DNA of 64,000 nt from assembly GCA_964057225.1 (NCBI GenBank), contig OZ059899.1, positions 11,284,001 through 11,348,000 of the forward strand, written 5' to 3'. The position numbers and the translations under genes were made by a program. Within the stretch, counting starts at the first letter, position 1; each line of letters begins with the position of its first letter. The notes under the pieces are model-generated. The model did no database searches and was not told the DNA's origin. It worked only from the letters and a program-made list of their open reading frames with translations. Positions 14,183-26,369 of the stretch are shown piece after piece. Source of the stretch: Auanema rhodensis. Taxonomy: Eukaryota > Animalia > Nematoda.

Positions 14183-14775
14183 TACGAAAGTACGAAATAA
14201 CAAAGCGCTGATTATAGGAAACGTGAATGAATGCAGATATTCTCAATTCCGATTCATTAACTAGATCGTGGTCAGCATTTTACAACATTGATAAAATAGA
14301 AACTGAGAAAAAAACATCAACAAATGACACTATTAACTTGGTTTTTTGAACAGCTTTTTTATATTTCTTTTTTCACTATGAGAGAACTTATATTTATTGC
14401 TTTTTCAAAATTTTCCATTTTTAACATTATGCATCTTGACTATCACACATTGAGAACAACAGATGGCAATGTTGGTTGTCACGTCATATTTCATGCAGTT
14501 AGATTTTCAGACACATTAATACCTTTGACCATTCTTCTTATGAGTTTTGTAACGATAGATCGTAATAGGAAATGAATTGCTATAATATGAAAAAATACAA
14601 GACATAGTCAACATTGATTTCCCCAAATAGTATCATGTTTGCTTGTTATTCAATTAGAACACTTATTTTTTGATTGTTTTCTTCAAATATTCTTTTTTTT
14701 TCTTTAACAAAGTTATGACTGAGATCAAAATTTGAACTTACTTTTGAACAATTGAACAGAAATTTAAAAAATATT

Positions 14776-14849
14776 TTCCGCCAGCAGGGGTCGAACCTGC
14801 GACCTTGGGCTTATTAGACCCACGCTCTAACCGACTGAGCTATGGCGGC
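14776..14849 (-). tRNA. tRNA-Ile(AAT) variant C72A
   Basis: Array copy with the G1:C72 pair broken. Confidence 0.85.
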
Positions 14850-15438
14850 TACGAAAGTACGAAATAACAAAGCGCTGATTATAGGAAACGTGAATGAATG
14901 CAGATATTCTCAATTCCGATTCATTAACTAGATCGTGGTCAGCATTTTACAACATTGATAAAATAGAAACTGAGAAAAAAACATCAACAAATGACACTAT
15001 TAACTTGATTTTTTGAACAGCTTTTTTATATTTTTTTTTCACTATGAGAGAACTTATATTTATTGCTTTTTCAAAATTTTCCATTTTTAACATTATACAT
15101 CTTGACTATCACACATTGAGAACAACAGTTGGCAATGTTGGTTGTCACGTCATATTTCATGCAGTTAGATTTTCAGACACATTAATACCTTTGACCATTC
15201 TTCTTATGAGTTTTGTAACGATAGATCGTAATAGGAAATGAATTGCTATAATATGAAAAAATACAAGACATAGTCAACATTGATTTCCCCAAATAGTATC
15301 ATGTTTGCTTGTTATTCAATTAGAACACTTATTTTTTGATTGTTTTCTTCAAATATTCTTTTTTTTTTAACAAAGTTATGACTGAGATCAAAATTTGAAC
15401 TTACTTTTGAACAATTAAACAGAAATTTAAAAAATAAT

Positions 15439-15512
15439 TGCCGCCAGCAGGGGTCGAACCTGCGACCTTGGGCTTATTAGACCCACGCTCTAACCGACTG
15501 AGCTATGGCGGC
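15439..15512 (-). tRNA. tRNA-Ile(AAT)
   Basis: Array copy. Confidence 0.95.
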
Positions 15513-16105
15513 TACGAAAGAACGAAATAACAAAGCGCTGATTATAGGAAACGTGAATGAATGCAGATATTCTCAATTCCGATTCATTAACTAGATCGTG
15601 GTCAGCATTTTACAACATTGATAAAATAGAAACTGAGAAAAAAACATCAACAAATGACACTATTAACTTGGTTTTTTGAACAGCTTTTTTATATTTCTTT
15701 TTTCACTATGAGAGAACTTATATTTATTGCTTTTTCAAAATTTTCCATTTTTAACATTATACATCTTGACTATCACACATTGAGAACAACAGATGGCAAT
15801 GTTGGTTGTCACGTCATATTTCATGCAGTTAGATTTTCAGACACATTAATACCTTTGACCATTCTTCTTATGAGTTTTGTAACGATAGATCGTAATAGGA
15901 AATGAATTGCTATAATATGAAAAAATACAAGACATAGTCAACATTGATTTCCCCAAATAGTATCATGTTTGCTTGTTATTCAATTAGAACACTTATTTTT
16001 TGATTGTTTTCTTCAAATATTCTTTTTTTTTCTTTAACAAAGTTATGACTGAGATCAAAATTTGAACTTACTTTTGAACAATTGAACAGAAATTTAAAAA
16101 ATATT

Positions 16106-16179
16106 TGCCGCCAGCAGGGGTCGAACCTGCGACCTTGGGCTTATTAGACCCACGCTCTAACCGACTGAGCTATGGCGGC
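16106..16179 (-). tRNA. tRNA-Ile(AAT)
   Basis: Array copy. Confidence 0.95.
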
Positions 16180-16770
16180 TACGAAAGTAAGAAATAACAA
16201 AGCGCTGATTATAGGAAACGTGAATGAATGCAGATATTCTCAATTCCGATTCATTAACTAGATCGTGGTCAGCATTTTACAACATTGATAAAATAGAAAC
16301 TGAGAAAAAAACATCAACAAATGACACTATTAACTTGGTTTTTTGAACAGCTTTTTTATATTTCTTTTTTCACTATGAGAGAACTTATATTTATTGCTTT
16401 TTCAAAATTTTCCATTTTTAACATTATACATCTTGACTATCACACATTGAGAACAACAGTTGGCAATGTTGGTTGTCACGTCATATTTCATGCAGTTAGA
16501 TTTTCAGACACATTAATACTTTTGAATATTCTTCTTATGAGTTTTGTAACGATAGATCGTAATAGGAAATGAATTGCTATAATATGAAAAAATACAAGAC
16601 ATAGTCAACATTGATTTCCCCAAATAGTATCATGTTTGCTTGTTATTCAATTAGAACACTTATTTTTTGATTGTTTTCTTCAAATATTCTTTTTTTTTTT
16701 AACAAAGTTATGACTGAGATCAAAATTTGAACTTACTTTTGAACAATTAAACAGAAATTTAAAAAATATT

Positions 16771-16844
16771 TGCCGCCAGCAGGGGTCGAACCTGCGACCT
16801 TGGGCTTATTAGACCCACGCTCTAACCGACTGAGCTATGGCGGC
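16771..16844 (-). tRNA. tRNA-Ile(AAT)
   Basis: Array copy; element A is inserted 45 bp upstream. Confidence 0.95.
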
Positions 16845-16889
16845 TACGAAAGTACGAAATAACAAAGCGCTGATTATAGGAAACGTGAA

Positions 16890-17302
16890 CGTTCCATGTT
16901 GGTTCCCCAGGGTTCCGGCTGGGTAACCACATGGAATTACTTTCTTTTCTTCCAAATATAAATGATAAAGAGCATAGAGAGAAAGGTTTATTTATGATAA
17001 AGTATACAAATTACAATAATAAAAGTTACATAATGATTCCTAGTCGCAGCCCAAAGGACTCGTAAGGAAACCTTATATAGTATTCCTTACGAGCATAAAA
17101 AGTGGTTATATCAGGTCCGCGGAACTTGGTTCCGCTTGAATTGGGCTTTCTTTAATTAAACTTAATATGAAAAAATGTTCGTTCATTGTTGCATTGAATT
17201 CCTGTTTCTCAAATGTAGCGTCAGCTATTTGTTTTTATAATGTTCCGTTTTATAAGCGATTGACGTTGTCAATCGCTCTACTTATAGGACACGTATGGAA
17301 CA
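16890..17302 (-). repeat. Element A 3' LTR
   Basis: No differences found versus 20676-21088. Termini TGTTCCA...TGGAACG; contains TATATAA and AATAAA. Confidence 0.96.
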
Positions 17303-17506
17303 TGCCTAATATCGAAAAAGTAGCTGACCTCAGCTACGTCGAGAAAGTGAAATTCCATGCAAATGTGAAAGTTGTATGAAATGTTTCAAAAAATAAAAGA
17401 ATACTTATAATACAGAACAATTTTATGAGAAAAAATAAAGGAAAACAATGTAATTACAAAATAATATATCATATATCATACTGGGAATCTTTCAAAAGTT
17501 CTTTTT

Positions 17507-18109
17507 TTAGTCTTCTTCATAATACTGGTGTATCTCTGGTAATGGTGATGATCCTAGGTCGTGGAGAAGATCCATAGTCTTGTTGCATAAATCCGTTTTT
17601 CTTTCCATTTCTTCCTTGGTGGTTGCTGGTGATGCCAGAAATATTTGTAGAGCATTTATAATGCTTTTTCTTGCCTCTGTGGATGGCAGTTCGCTGCAAT
17701 GTTGCAGGCTCCATTCTTGATAGGCCGAATGGGTCTCGGCAATAATCCAGTTTGGTGTCTGCTGTTCTGGTGAATCGCAACTAGGTGAATAACCTAGTTG
17801 GTCCCTTAGTTCAGCAATGGCATCTCGGATGACACCTGCTGTGTTGGTCCATGGTCCTATGCAGTGGTCAACCTCCGACAGTCGATCCTTGTCGTATTGG
17901 TAACATAGGATTTTGAGCGTTTCAGTACTGGTGTTCGCTCTTGTTAGTCCTTGAACTAACTCTTTCAGGATCTTCTCTTTCCTGGGGCGGTTGGCGATGG
18001 TATTGGCGCCTAGCTGCTTCAATTCTCTTAGTAATAGTTGAATTGAAAGCCATCTCTTTTTGGCCATCATGAGGGGAATTTCGACGGCTTCAGGAAGTTG
18101 GGTGGACAT
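17507..18109 (-). CDS. Element A ORF2, hypothetical helical protein (200 aa; frame stays open without Met up to 18310)
   Basis: ATG-initiated ORF in a GC-richer island. No family recognised. Confidence 0.65.
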   Translation of the reverse strand: MSTQLPEAVEIPLMMAKKRWLSIQLLLRELKQLGANTIANRPRKEKILKELVQGLTRANTSTETLKILCYQYDKDRLSEVDHCIGPWTNTAGVIRDAIAELRDQLGYSPSCDSPEQQTPNWIIAETHSAYQEWSLQHCSELPSTEARKSIINALQIFLASPATTKEEMERKTDLCNKTMDLLHDLGSSPLPEIHQYYEED

Positions 18110-18477
18110 TGTTATCTTTGTTACTGTTTTCTGTCCTTTTATCCTTTTAAAACTAGGTCGGTCTGTTCCTTCCTTTTTGTCGCCTCCTTTTTGATCAGTT
18201 AGGTGAAAAAGTGATGAAGATTGGTAATTAAAACTTTGCAGTGATTTTTGAAAGATTCCAAGTATGATGTATAACTTTATTTTGAAATTTTGGTTATTAA
18301 TACAATATTTTTATGAGAGTGAAAAATACAAATGTACAATAATTTGTGTAGAATTTTATGTCTTACTTAAATGAGAAAAAAATATATATATAGGTTCAAG
18401 TTTAGATGGAAATTATGAAAATTATGAAAATGGTATTATACTTTTTGTGATTTTTATATAGAAATTATGGATTTTTA

Positions 18478-19214
18478 CTATTGTTCTAGCTTCTTACTTG
18501 TAGTCCCAATAACTGTTGACGGTCTTTTCTTATGGATGACTGGTACTGTTGGTGCCACGAAGTTTGGGTCCGGGATCTGACTCTTCGAAACTCTCTTCTT
18601 CGGCTCTGTTACTGGTATGGTGCTGTGATACCTTATCGGCACATGATAAGGCTTTGCTGGCGTTGTAGGAGAATTATCTTCTAATCCCAATGCCAATTTA
18701 AGTGCTGAACTCCATTTCTTAATTGTGGGTGGCTCCTTCTTCCGTTCCTCATACAATTCTTTTCTTGCGTTTTCTTCTATTTTCTCTGATAGTTTGGTGA
18801 ATTTCGAGGAAGAGGAGAAGAAAGAATAGCAGTATTTGGGTATGAAAATGATATTTGAGAATAATCTTTACAAGGGGAAGTATTTGTGCTAACATAGCTA
18901 GAGCTTTTGATAACGTTAGAATTGCGTTTAGGAGTTTGTTTGTTAATAGACGTTTTAATTTTACTAAGAGTAATAGCGTGGCGAGAAGTTTTAATAGCTG
19001 TTGTGCCTATTTTCTTCGCGGGGGTACCCGGTATAGCGGGTGGTTTCTTTGCAGCATTAGGTCGGCGCTTCGTGTCCGGCTCATAAACATTTGGAGGTCC
19101 TCTTTTTCTTTGATTCCGCTCGAGTACTGGCTCGACGTGCGTATCATTACCGGGGGCTGCGCTCTGTGAATTTGTTTTATCCTGCGGAGGATTTTTACTC
19201 TTCGAGTCCGTCAT
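18478..19214 (-). CDS. Element A ORF1, basic K/P/S/T-rich protein, probably one ~245-aa ORF split by a frameshift near 18800-18860
   Basis: The 145-aa ORF overlaps a second frame open from 18867 to 18478. A TTTCCAG acceptor-like site lies 13 nt before the ATG. Confidence 0.55.
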
Positions 19215-19985
19215 CTTGTTGGTTTTCCTGGAAAGGAAATTATTATACCAACGATGCGAATCTTATAAAAATATATATACAACGTGAGAGGCAATATGGG
19301 GTTGTATGCGTGACGCTTGCTAGGGGGCCAGCCTGCAGCGAATCTTCTAACGGAGAATTGCTCAATCGGGTACATACACGGGCCTGTGACCGGTGCGCCC
19401 TTTCTAGGATCAAGTTCCCATCTCTCGAATAGGCGTGAAATATACGACGGTGATCTAAGCAGTATTCCCTTTCAGTCTTTCGACAAGATTAGGTGCTCAG
19501 GCCTCGAACATTCACTTTCCCAGACTTCTCTTGCCTATGAAAAATTACAGAAATCGCTCCCTTAACGAAATTCTGCTCCCCTGATTTTTCATGGTGAGAC
19601 CACTCTAACACTTTCATTCTCGACTAATTCTGTCGTAATTTTCAAATTTGCAAAAATAGGACCAAAAAGGGATCTTCAAAATCAGGAATGCGTACGTCTT
19701 ATATCAAAAATAGTGGTTGCCTCCGCTCAGTTCTCGAGACAGTCTGGTATTGCTTCTCACGGGCTACTTTTAGGATCAAAATGCAAAATTGTAAATCTTA
19801 GGTTCGGGATTCAGATAAAAAATTTCAAAATTATTTGGCTGTTTTCTGGGTTATATTAGGAAGAAGAAAAAAAATAATAGTAATAAGAGAGGGAAAAAGA
19901 TAAAATTTAAAAGAAGATAAAAGAAAAATAAAATAGGAATATAGTAGGAATATAGTAGGAATATAGTACTAGTATAGAATAGTTT

Positions 19986-19990
<5 letters not shown>

Positions 19991-20057
<67 letters not shown>
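19991..20057. repeat. (AT)n microsatellite in the element A leader
   Basis: About 33 perfect AT units. A short AGTAGGAATAT tandem lies near 19932-19965. Confidence 0.95.
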
Positions 20058-20060
<3 letters not shown>

Positions 20061-20660
20061 GAGTAATACATTTTAAAGGATAGAATAGAAATTAATGAAT
20101 TTTAATATATATAAAACAATGAATTTTTTGATGATTCATGAAAGAAATTAATTCATTTTTCATTCAAAAATTGTTTGAAACTTTATAACAAAAATTTATG
20201 AGAGATAGAATAGATTTTGATTAAAAAAACAGAAAAAGAAAAGATTGACAGAAAAAAAAATATCGAAATACCTTTCTTTGAATGAATAAATATAAAAGAA
20301 TTTCAAATTAATTTATGATAGTTATAAACAAAGTTTTTCCTCAAAAATGAAAGAAAGATCTTAGAATATGGATAAAAATCAAAATGTTTCTTTTAAATGA
20401 ATGAATATAAAATTTCAAAATTAAGTTGTTTCAAAATATATCTTTTTAAATAAATGTATATAAGATTTCAGTATTAATTTATGAATCAAAATCAAAATAA
20501 AGTTTTTTTGAATGAATGAAATAAAGAAGAGAAAGATTTCAAATTAAATTCATATAGCATAATCGAAATATAATTCTTTAATTAGATGTATGAAAGACAA
20601 CAAAATTAAATTTATGTAGCGAAATATGGTTCTTAGAGATTCGTCGGTTATAGACGAATT

Positions 20661-20675
20661 TCGGTGGAACCTCCA
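20661..20675 (-). promoter_or_regulatory. Element A primer-binding site (tRNA-Gln)
   Basis: TGGAGGTTCCACCGA abuts the 5' LTR and complements the eukaryotic tRNA-Gln 3' end (TCGGTGGAACCT-CCA). Confidence 0.88.
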
Positions 20676-21088
20676 CGTTCCATGTTGGTTCCCCAGGGTT
20701 CCGGCTGGGTAACCACATGGAATTACTTTCTTTTCTTCCAAATATAAATGATAAAGAGCATAGAGAGAAAGGTTTATTTATGATAAAGTATACAAATTAC
20801 AATAATAAAAGTTACATAATGATTCCTAGTCGCAGCCCAAAGGACTCGTAAGGAAACCTTATATAGTATTCCTTACGAGCATAAAAAGTGGTTATATCAG
20901 GTCCGCGGAACTTGGTTCCGCTTGAATTGGGCTTTCTTTAATTAAACTTAATATGAAAAAATGTTCGTTCATTGTTGCATTGAATTCCTGTTTCTCAAAT
21001 GTAGCGTCAGCTATTTGTTTTTATAATGTTCCGTTTTATAAGCGATTGACGTTGTCAATCGCTCTACTTATAGGACACGTATGGAACA
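20676..21088 (-). repeat. Element A 5' LTR
   Basis: Direct repeat of 16890-17302. Confidence 0.96.
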
Positions 21089-21638
21089 TGAATGAATGCA
21101 GATATTCTCAATTCCGATTCATTAACTAGATCGTGGTCAGCATTTTACAACATTGATAAAATAGAAACTGAGAAAAAAACATCAACAAATGACACTATTA
21201 ACTTGGTTTTTTGAACAGCTTTTTTATATTTTTTTTTCACTATGAGAGAACTTATATTTATTGCTTTTTCAAAATTTTCCATTTTTAACATTATACATCT
21301 TGACTATCACACATTGAGAACAACAGTTGGCAATGTTGGTTGTCACGTCATATTTCATGCAGTTAGATTTTCAGACACATTAATACCTTTGACCATTCTT
21401 CTTATGAGTTTTGTAACGATAGATCGTAATAGGAAATGAATTGCTATAATATGAAAAAATACAAGACATAGTCAACATTGATTTCCCCAAATAGTATCAT
21501 GTTTGCTTGTTATTCAATTAGAACACTTATTTTTTGATTGTTTTCTTCAAATATTCTTTTTTTTCTTTAACAAAGTTATGACTGAGATCAAAATTTGAAC
21601 TTACTTTTGAACAATTAAACAGAAATTTAAAAAATATT

Positions 21639-21712
21639 TGCCGCCAGCAGGGGTCGAACCTGCGACCTTGGGCTTATTAGACCCACGCTCTAACCGACTG
21701 AGCTATGGCGGC
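21639..21712 (-). tRNA. tRNA-Ile(AAT)
   Basis: Array copy. Confidence 0.95.
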
Positions 21713-22302
21713 TACGAAAGTACGAAATAACAAAGCGCTGATTATAGGAAACGTGAATGAATGCAGATATTCTCAATTCCGATTCATTAACTAGATCGTG
21801 GTCAGCATTTTACAACATTGATAAAATAGAAACTGAGAAAAAAACATCAACAAATGACACTATTAACTTGGTTTTTTGAACAGCTTTTTTATATTTCTTT
21901 TTTCACTATGAGAGAACTTATATTTATTGCTTTTTCAAAATTTTCCATTTTTAACATTATGCATCTTGACTATCACACATTGAGAACAACAGATGGCAAT
22001 GTTGGTTGTCACGTCATATTTCATGCAGTTAGATTTTCAGACACATTAACACCTTTGACCATTCTTCTTATGAGTTTTGTAACGATAGATCGTAATAGGA
22101 AATGAATTGCTATAATATGAAAAAATACAAGACATAGTCAACATTGATTTCCCCAAATAGTATCATGTTTGCTTGTTATTCAATTAGAACACTTATTTTT
22201 TGATTGTTTTCTTCAAATATTCTTTTTTTTTTAACAAAGTTATGACTGAGATCAAAATTTGAACTTACTTTTGAACAATTAAACAGAAATTTAAAAAATA
22301 TT

Positions 22303-22376
22303 TGCCGCCAGCAGGGGTCGAACCTGCGACCTTGGGCTTATTAGACCCACGCTCTAACCGACTGAGCTATGGCGGC
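22303..22376 (-). tRNA. tRNA-Ile(AAT)
   Basis: Array copy. Confidence 0.95.
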
Positions 22377-22965
22377 TGCGAAAGTACGAAATAACAAAGC
22401 GCTGATTATAGGAAACGTGAATGAATGCAGATATTCTCAATTCCGATTCATTAACTAGATCGTGGTCAGCATTTTACAACATTGATAAAATAGAAACTGA
22501 GAAAAAAACATCAACAAATGACACTATTAACTTGGTTTTTTGAACAGCTTTTTTATATTTCTTTTTTCACTATGAGAGAACTTATATTTATTGCTTTTTC
22601 AAAATTTTCCATTTTTAACATTATGCATCTTGACTATCACACATTGAGAACAACAGATGGCAATGTTGGTTGTCACGTCATATTTCATGCAGTTAGATTT
22701 TCAGACACATTAATACCTTTGACCATTCTTCTTATGAGTTTTGTAACGATAGATCGTAATAGGAAATGAATTGCTATAATATGAAAAAATACAAGACATA
22801 GTCAACATTGATTTCCCCAAATAGTATCATGTTTGCTTGTTATTCAATTAGAACACTTATTTTTTGATTGTTTTTTTCAAATATTCTTTTTTTTTAACAA
22901 AGTTATGACTGAGATCAAAATTTGAACTTACTTTTGAACAATTGAACAGAAATTTAAAAAATATT

Positions 22966-23039
22966 TGCCGCCAGCAGGGGTCGAACCTGCGATCTTGGGC
23001 TTATTAGACCCACGCTCTAACCGACTGAGCTATGGCGGC
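22966..23039 (-). tRNA. tRNA-Ile(AAT) variant G46A
   Basis: Array copy with a substitution at 22993. Confidence 0.88.
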
Positions 23040-23630
23040 TACGAAAGAACGAAATAACAAAGCGCTGATTATAGGAAACGTGAATGAATGCAGATATTCT
23101 CAATTCCGATTCATTAACTAGATCGTGGTCAGCATTTTACAACATTGATAAAATAGAAACTGAGAAAAAAACATCAACAAATGACACTATTAACTTGGTT
23201 TTTTGAACAGCTTTTTTATATTTCTTTTTTCACTATGAGAGAACTTATATTTATTGCTTTTTCAAAATTTTCCATTTTTAACATTATACATCTTGACTAT
23301 CACACATTGAGAACAACAGTTGGCAATGTTGGTTGTCACGTCATATTTCATGCAGTTAGATTTTCAGACACATTAATACCTTTGACCATTCTTCTCATGA
23401 GTTTTGTAACGATAGATCGTAATAGGAAATGAATTGCTATAATATGAAAAAATACAAGACATAGTCAACATTGATTACCCCAAATAGTATCATGTTTGCT
23501 TGTTATTCAATTAGAACACTTATTTTTTGATTGTTTTCTTCAAATATTCTTTTTTTTTTTAACAAAGTTATGACTGAGATCAAAATTTGAACTTACTTTT
23601 GAACAATTAAACAGAAATTTAAAAAATATT

Positions 23631-23704
23631 TGCCGCCAGCAGGGGTCGAACCTGCGATCTTGGGCTTATTAGACCCACGCTCTAACCGACTGAGCTATGG
23701 CGGC
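23631..23704 (-). tRNA. tRNA-Ile(AAT) variant G46A
   Basis: Array copy with a substitution at 23658. Confidence 0.88.
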
Positions 23705-24297
23705 TACGAAAGTACGAAATAACAAAGCGCTGATTATAGGAAACGTGAATGAATGCAGATATTCTCAATTCCGATTCATTAACTAGATCGTGGTCAGCAT
23801 TTTACAACATTGATAAAATAGAAACTGAGAAAAAAACATCAACAAATGACACTATTAACTTGGTTTTTTGAACAGCTTTTTTATATTTCTTTTTTCACTA
23901 TGAGAGAACTTATATTTATTGCTTTTTCAAAATTTTCCATTTTTAACATTATGCATCTTGACTATCACACATTGAGAACAACAGATGGCAATGTTGGTTG
24001 TCACGTCATATTTCATGCAGTTAGATTTTCAGACACATTAATACCTTTGACCATTCTTCTTATGAGTTTTGTAACGATAGATCGTAATAGGAAATGAATT
24101 GCTATAATATGAAAAAATACAAGACATAGTCAACATTGATTTCCCCAAATAGTATCATGTTTGCTTGTTATTCAATTAGAACACTTATTTTTTGATTGTT
24201 TTCTTCAAATATTCTTTTTTTTTCTTTAACAAAGTTATGACTGAGATCAAAATTTGAACTTACTTTTGAACAATTGAACAGAAATTTAAAAAATATT

Positions 24298-24371
24298 TGC
24301 CGCCAGCAGGGGTCGAACCTGCGACCTTGGGCTTATTAGACCCACGCTCTAACCGACTGAGCTATGGCGGC
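24298..24371 (-). tRNA. tRNA-Ile(AAT)
   Basis: Array copy. Confidence 0.95.
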
Positions 24372-24961
24372 TACGAAAGTACGAAATAACAAAGCGCTGA
24401 TTATAGGAAACGTGAATGAATGCAGATATTCTCAATTCCGATTCATTAACTAGATCGTGGTCAGCATTTTACAACATTGATAAAATAGAAACTGAGAAAA
24501 AAACATCAACAAATGACACTATTAACTTGGTTTTTTGAACAGCTTTTTTATATTTTTTTTTCACTATGAGAGAACTTATATTTATTGCTTTTTCAAAATT
24601 TTCCATTTTTAACATTATACATCTTGACTATCACACATTGAGAACAACAGTTGGCAATGTTGGTTGTCACGTCATATTTCATGCAGTTAGATTTTCAGAC
24701 ACATTAATACCTTTGACCATTCTTCTCATGAGTTTTGTAACGATAGATCGTAATAGGAAATGAATTGCTATAATATGAAAAAATACAAGACATAGTCAAC
24801 ATTGATTTCCCCAAATAGTATCATGTTTGCTTGTTATTCAATTAGAACACTTATTTTTTGATTGTTTTCTTCAAATATTCTTTTTTTTTTTAACAAAGTT
24901 ATGACTGAGATCAAAATTTGAACTTACTTTTGAACAATTAAACAGAAATTTAAAAAATATT

Positions 24962-25035
24962 TGCCGCCAGCAGGGGTCGAACCTGCGACCTTGGAATTAT
25001 TAGACCCACGCTCTAACCGACTGAGCTATGGCGGC
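24962..25035 (-). tRNA. tRNA-Ile(AAT) variant with weakened anticodon stem (G39C40>UU)
   Basis: GC>AA at 24995-96. Confidence 0.75.
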
Positions 25036-25628
25036 TACGAAAGTACGAAATAACAAAGCGCTGATTATAGTAAACGTGAATGAATGCAGATATTCTCAAT
25101 TCCGATTCATTAACTAGATCGTGGTCAGCATTTTACAACATTGATAAAATAGAAACTGAGAAAAAAACATCAACAAATGACACTATTAACTTGGTTTTTT
25201 GAACAGCTTTTTTATATTTCTTTTTTCACTATGAGAGAACTTATATTTATTGCTTTTTCAAAATTTTCCATTTTTAACATTATGCATCTTGACTATCACA
25301 CATTGAGAACAACAGATGGCAATGTTGGTTGTCACGTCATATTTCATGCAGTTAGATTTTCAGACACATTAATACCTTTGACCATTCTTCTTATGAGTTT
25401 TGTAACGATAGATCGTAATAGGAAATGAATTGCTATAATATGAAAAAATACAAGACATAGTCAACATTGATTTCCCCAAATAGTATCATGTTTGCTTGTT
25501 ATTCAATTAGAACACTTATTTTTTGATTGTTTTCTTGAAATATTCTTTTTTTTTCTTTAACAAAGTTATGACTGAGATCAAAATTTGAACTTACTTTTGA
25601 ACAATTGAACAGAAATTTAAAAAATATT

Positions 25629-25702
25629 TGCCGCCAGCAGGGGTCGAACCTGCGACCTTGGGCTTATTAGACCCACGCTCTAACCGACTGAGCTATGGCG
25701 GC
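25629..25702 (-). tRNA. tRNA-Ile(AAT)
   Basis: Array copy. Confidence 0.95.
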
Positions 25703-26295
25703 TACGAAAGTACGAAATAACAAAGCGCTGATTATAGGAAACGTGAATGAATGCAGATATTCTCAATTCCGATTCATTAACTAGATCGTGGTCAGCATTT
25801 TACAACATTGATAAAATAGAAACTGAGAAAAAAACATCAACAAATGACACTATTAACTTGGTTTTTTGAACAGCTTTTTTATATTTCTTTTTTCACTATG
25901 AGAGAACTTATATTTATTGCTTTTTCAAAATTTTCCATTTTTAACATTATGCATCTTGACTATCACACATTGAGAACAACAGATGGCAATGTTGGTTGTC
26001 ACGTCATATTTCATGCAGTTAGATTTTCAGACACATTAATACCTTTGACCATTCTTCTTATGAGTTTTGTAACGATAGATCGTAATAGGAAATGAATTGC
26101 TATAATATGAAAAAATACAAGACATAGTCAACATTGATTTCCCCAAATAGTATCATGTTTGCTTGTTATTCAATTAGAACACTTATTTTTTGATTGTTTT
26201 CTTCAAATATTCTTTTTTTTTCTTTAACAAAGTTATGACTGAGATCAAAATTTGAACTTACTTTTGAACAATTGAACAGAAATTTAAAAAATATT

Positions 26296-26369
26296 TGCCG
26301 CCAGCAGGGGTCGAACCTGCGACCTTGGGCTTATTAGACCCACGCTCTAACCGACTGAGCTATGGCGGC
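26296..26369 (-). tRNA. tRNA-Ile(AAT)
   Basis: Array copy. Confidence 0.95.

Larger units (their letters stand above)
1..16889. repeat. Tandem tRNA-Ile(AAT) gene array, ~663-667 bp unit, 26 tRNA copies
   Basis: Near-identical units recur every ~665 bp. Each has one tRNA gene and an AT-rich spacer. Confidence 0.98.
16890..21088 (-). mobile_element. Element A: non-autonomous LTR retroelement (4.2 kb), related to the Ty3/gypsy family B/D
   Basis: 413-bp direct LTRs, 4-bp TSD TGAA (16886-89 / 21089-92), tRNA-Gln PBS, no RT or IN motifs. Confidence 0.93.

Noticed and set aside
1-16889. CRISPR-like or prokaryotic repeat array
   Set aside because: The spacers are near-identical and ~590 bp long, there are no cas genes, and the repeated gene is a eukaryotic tRNA without encoded CCA.
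20661-20675. Idea that the elements prime on the array's own tRNA-Ile
   Set aside because: The PBSs match tRNA-Gln (A, B, D) and tRNA-Gly (C). An Ile PBS would read TGGTGCCGCC.
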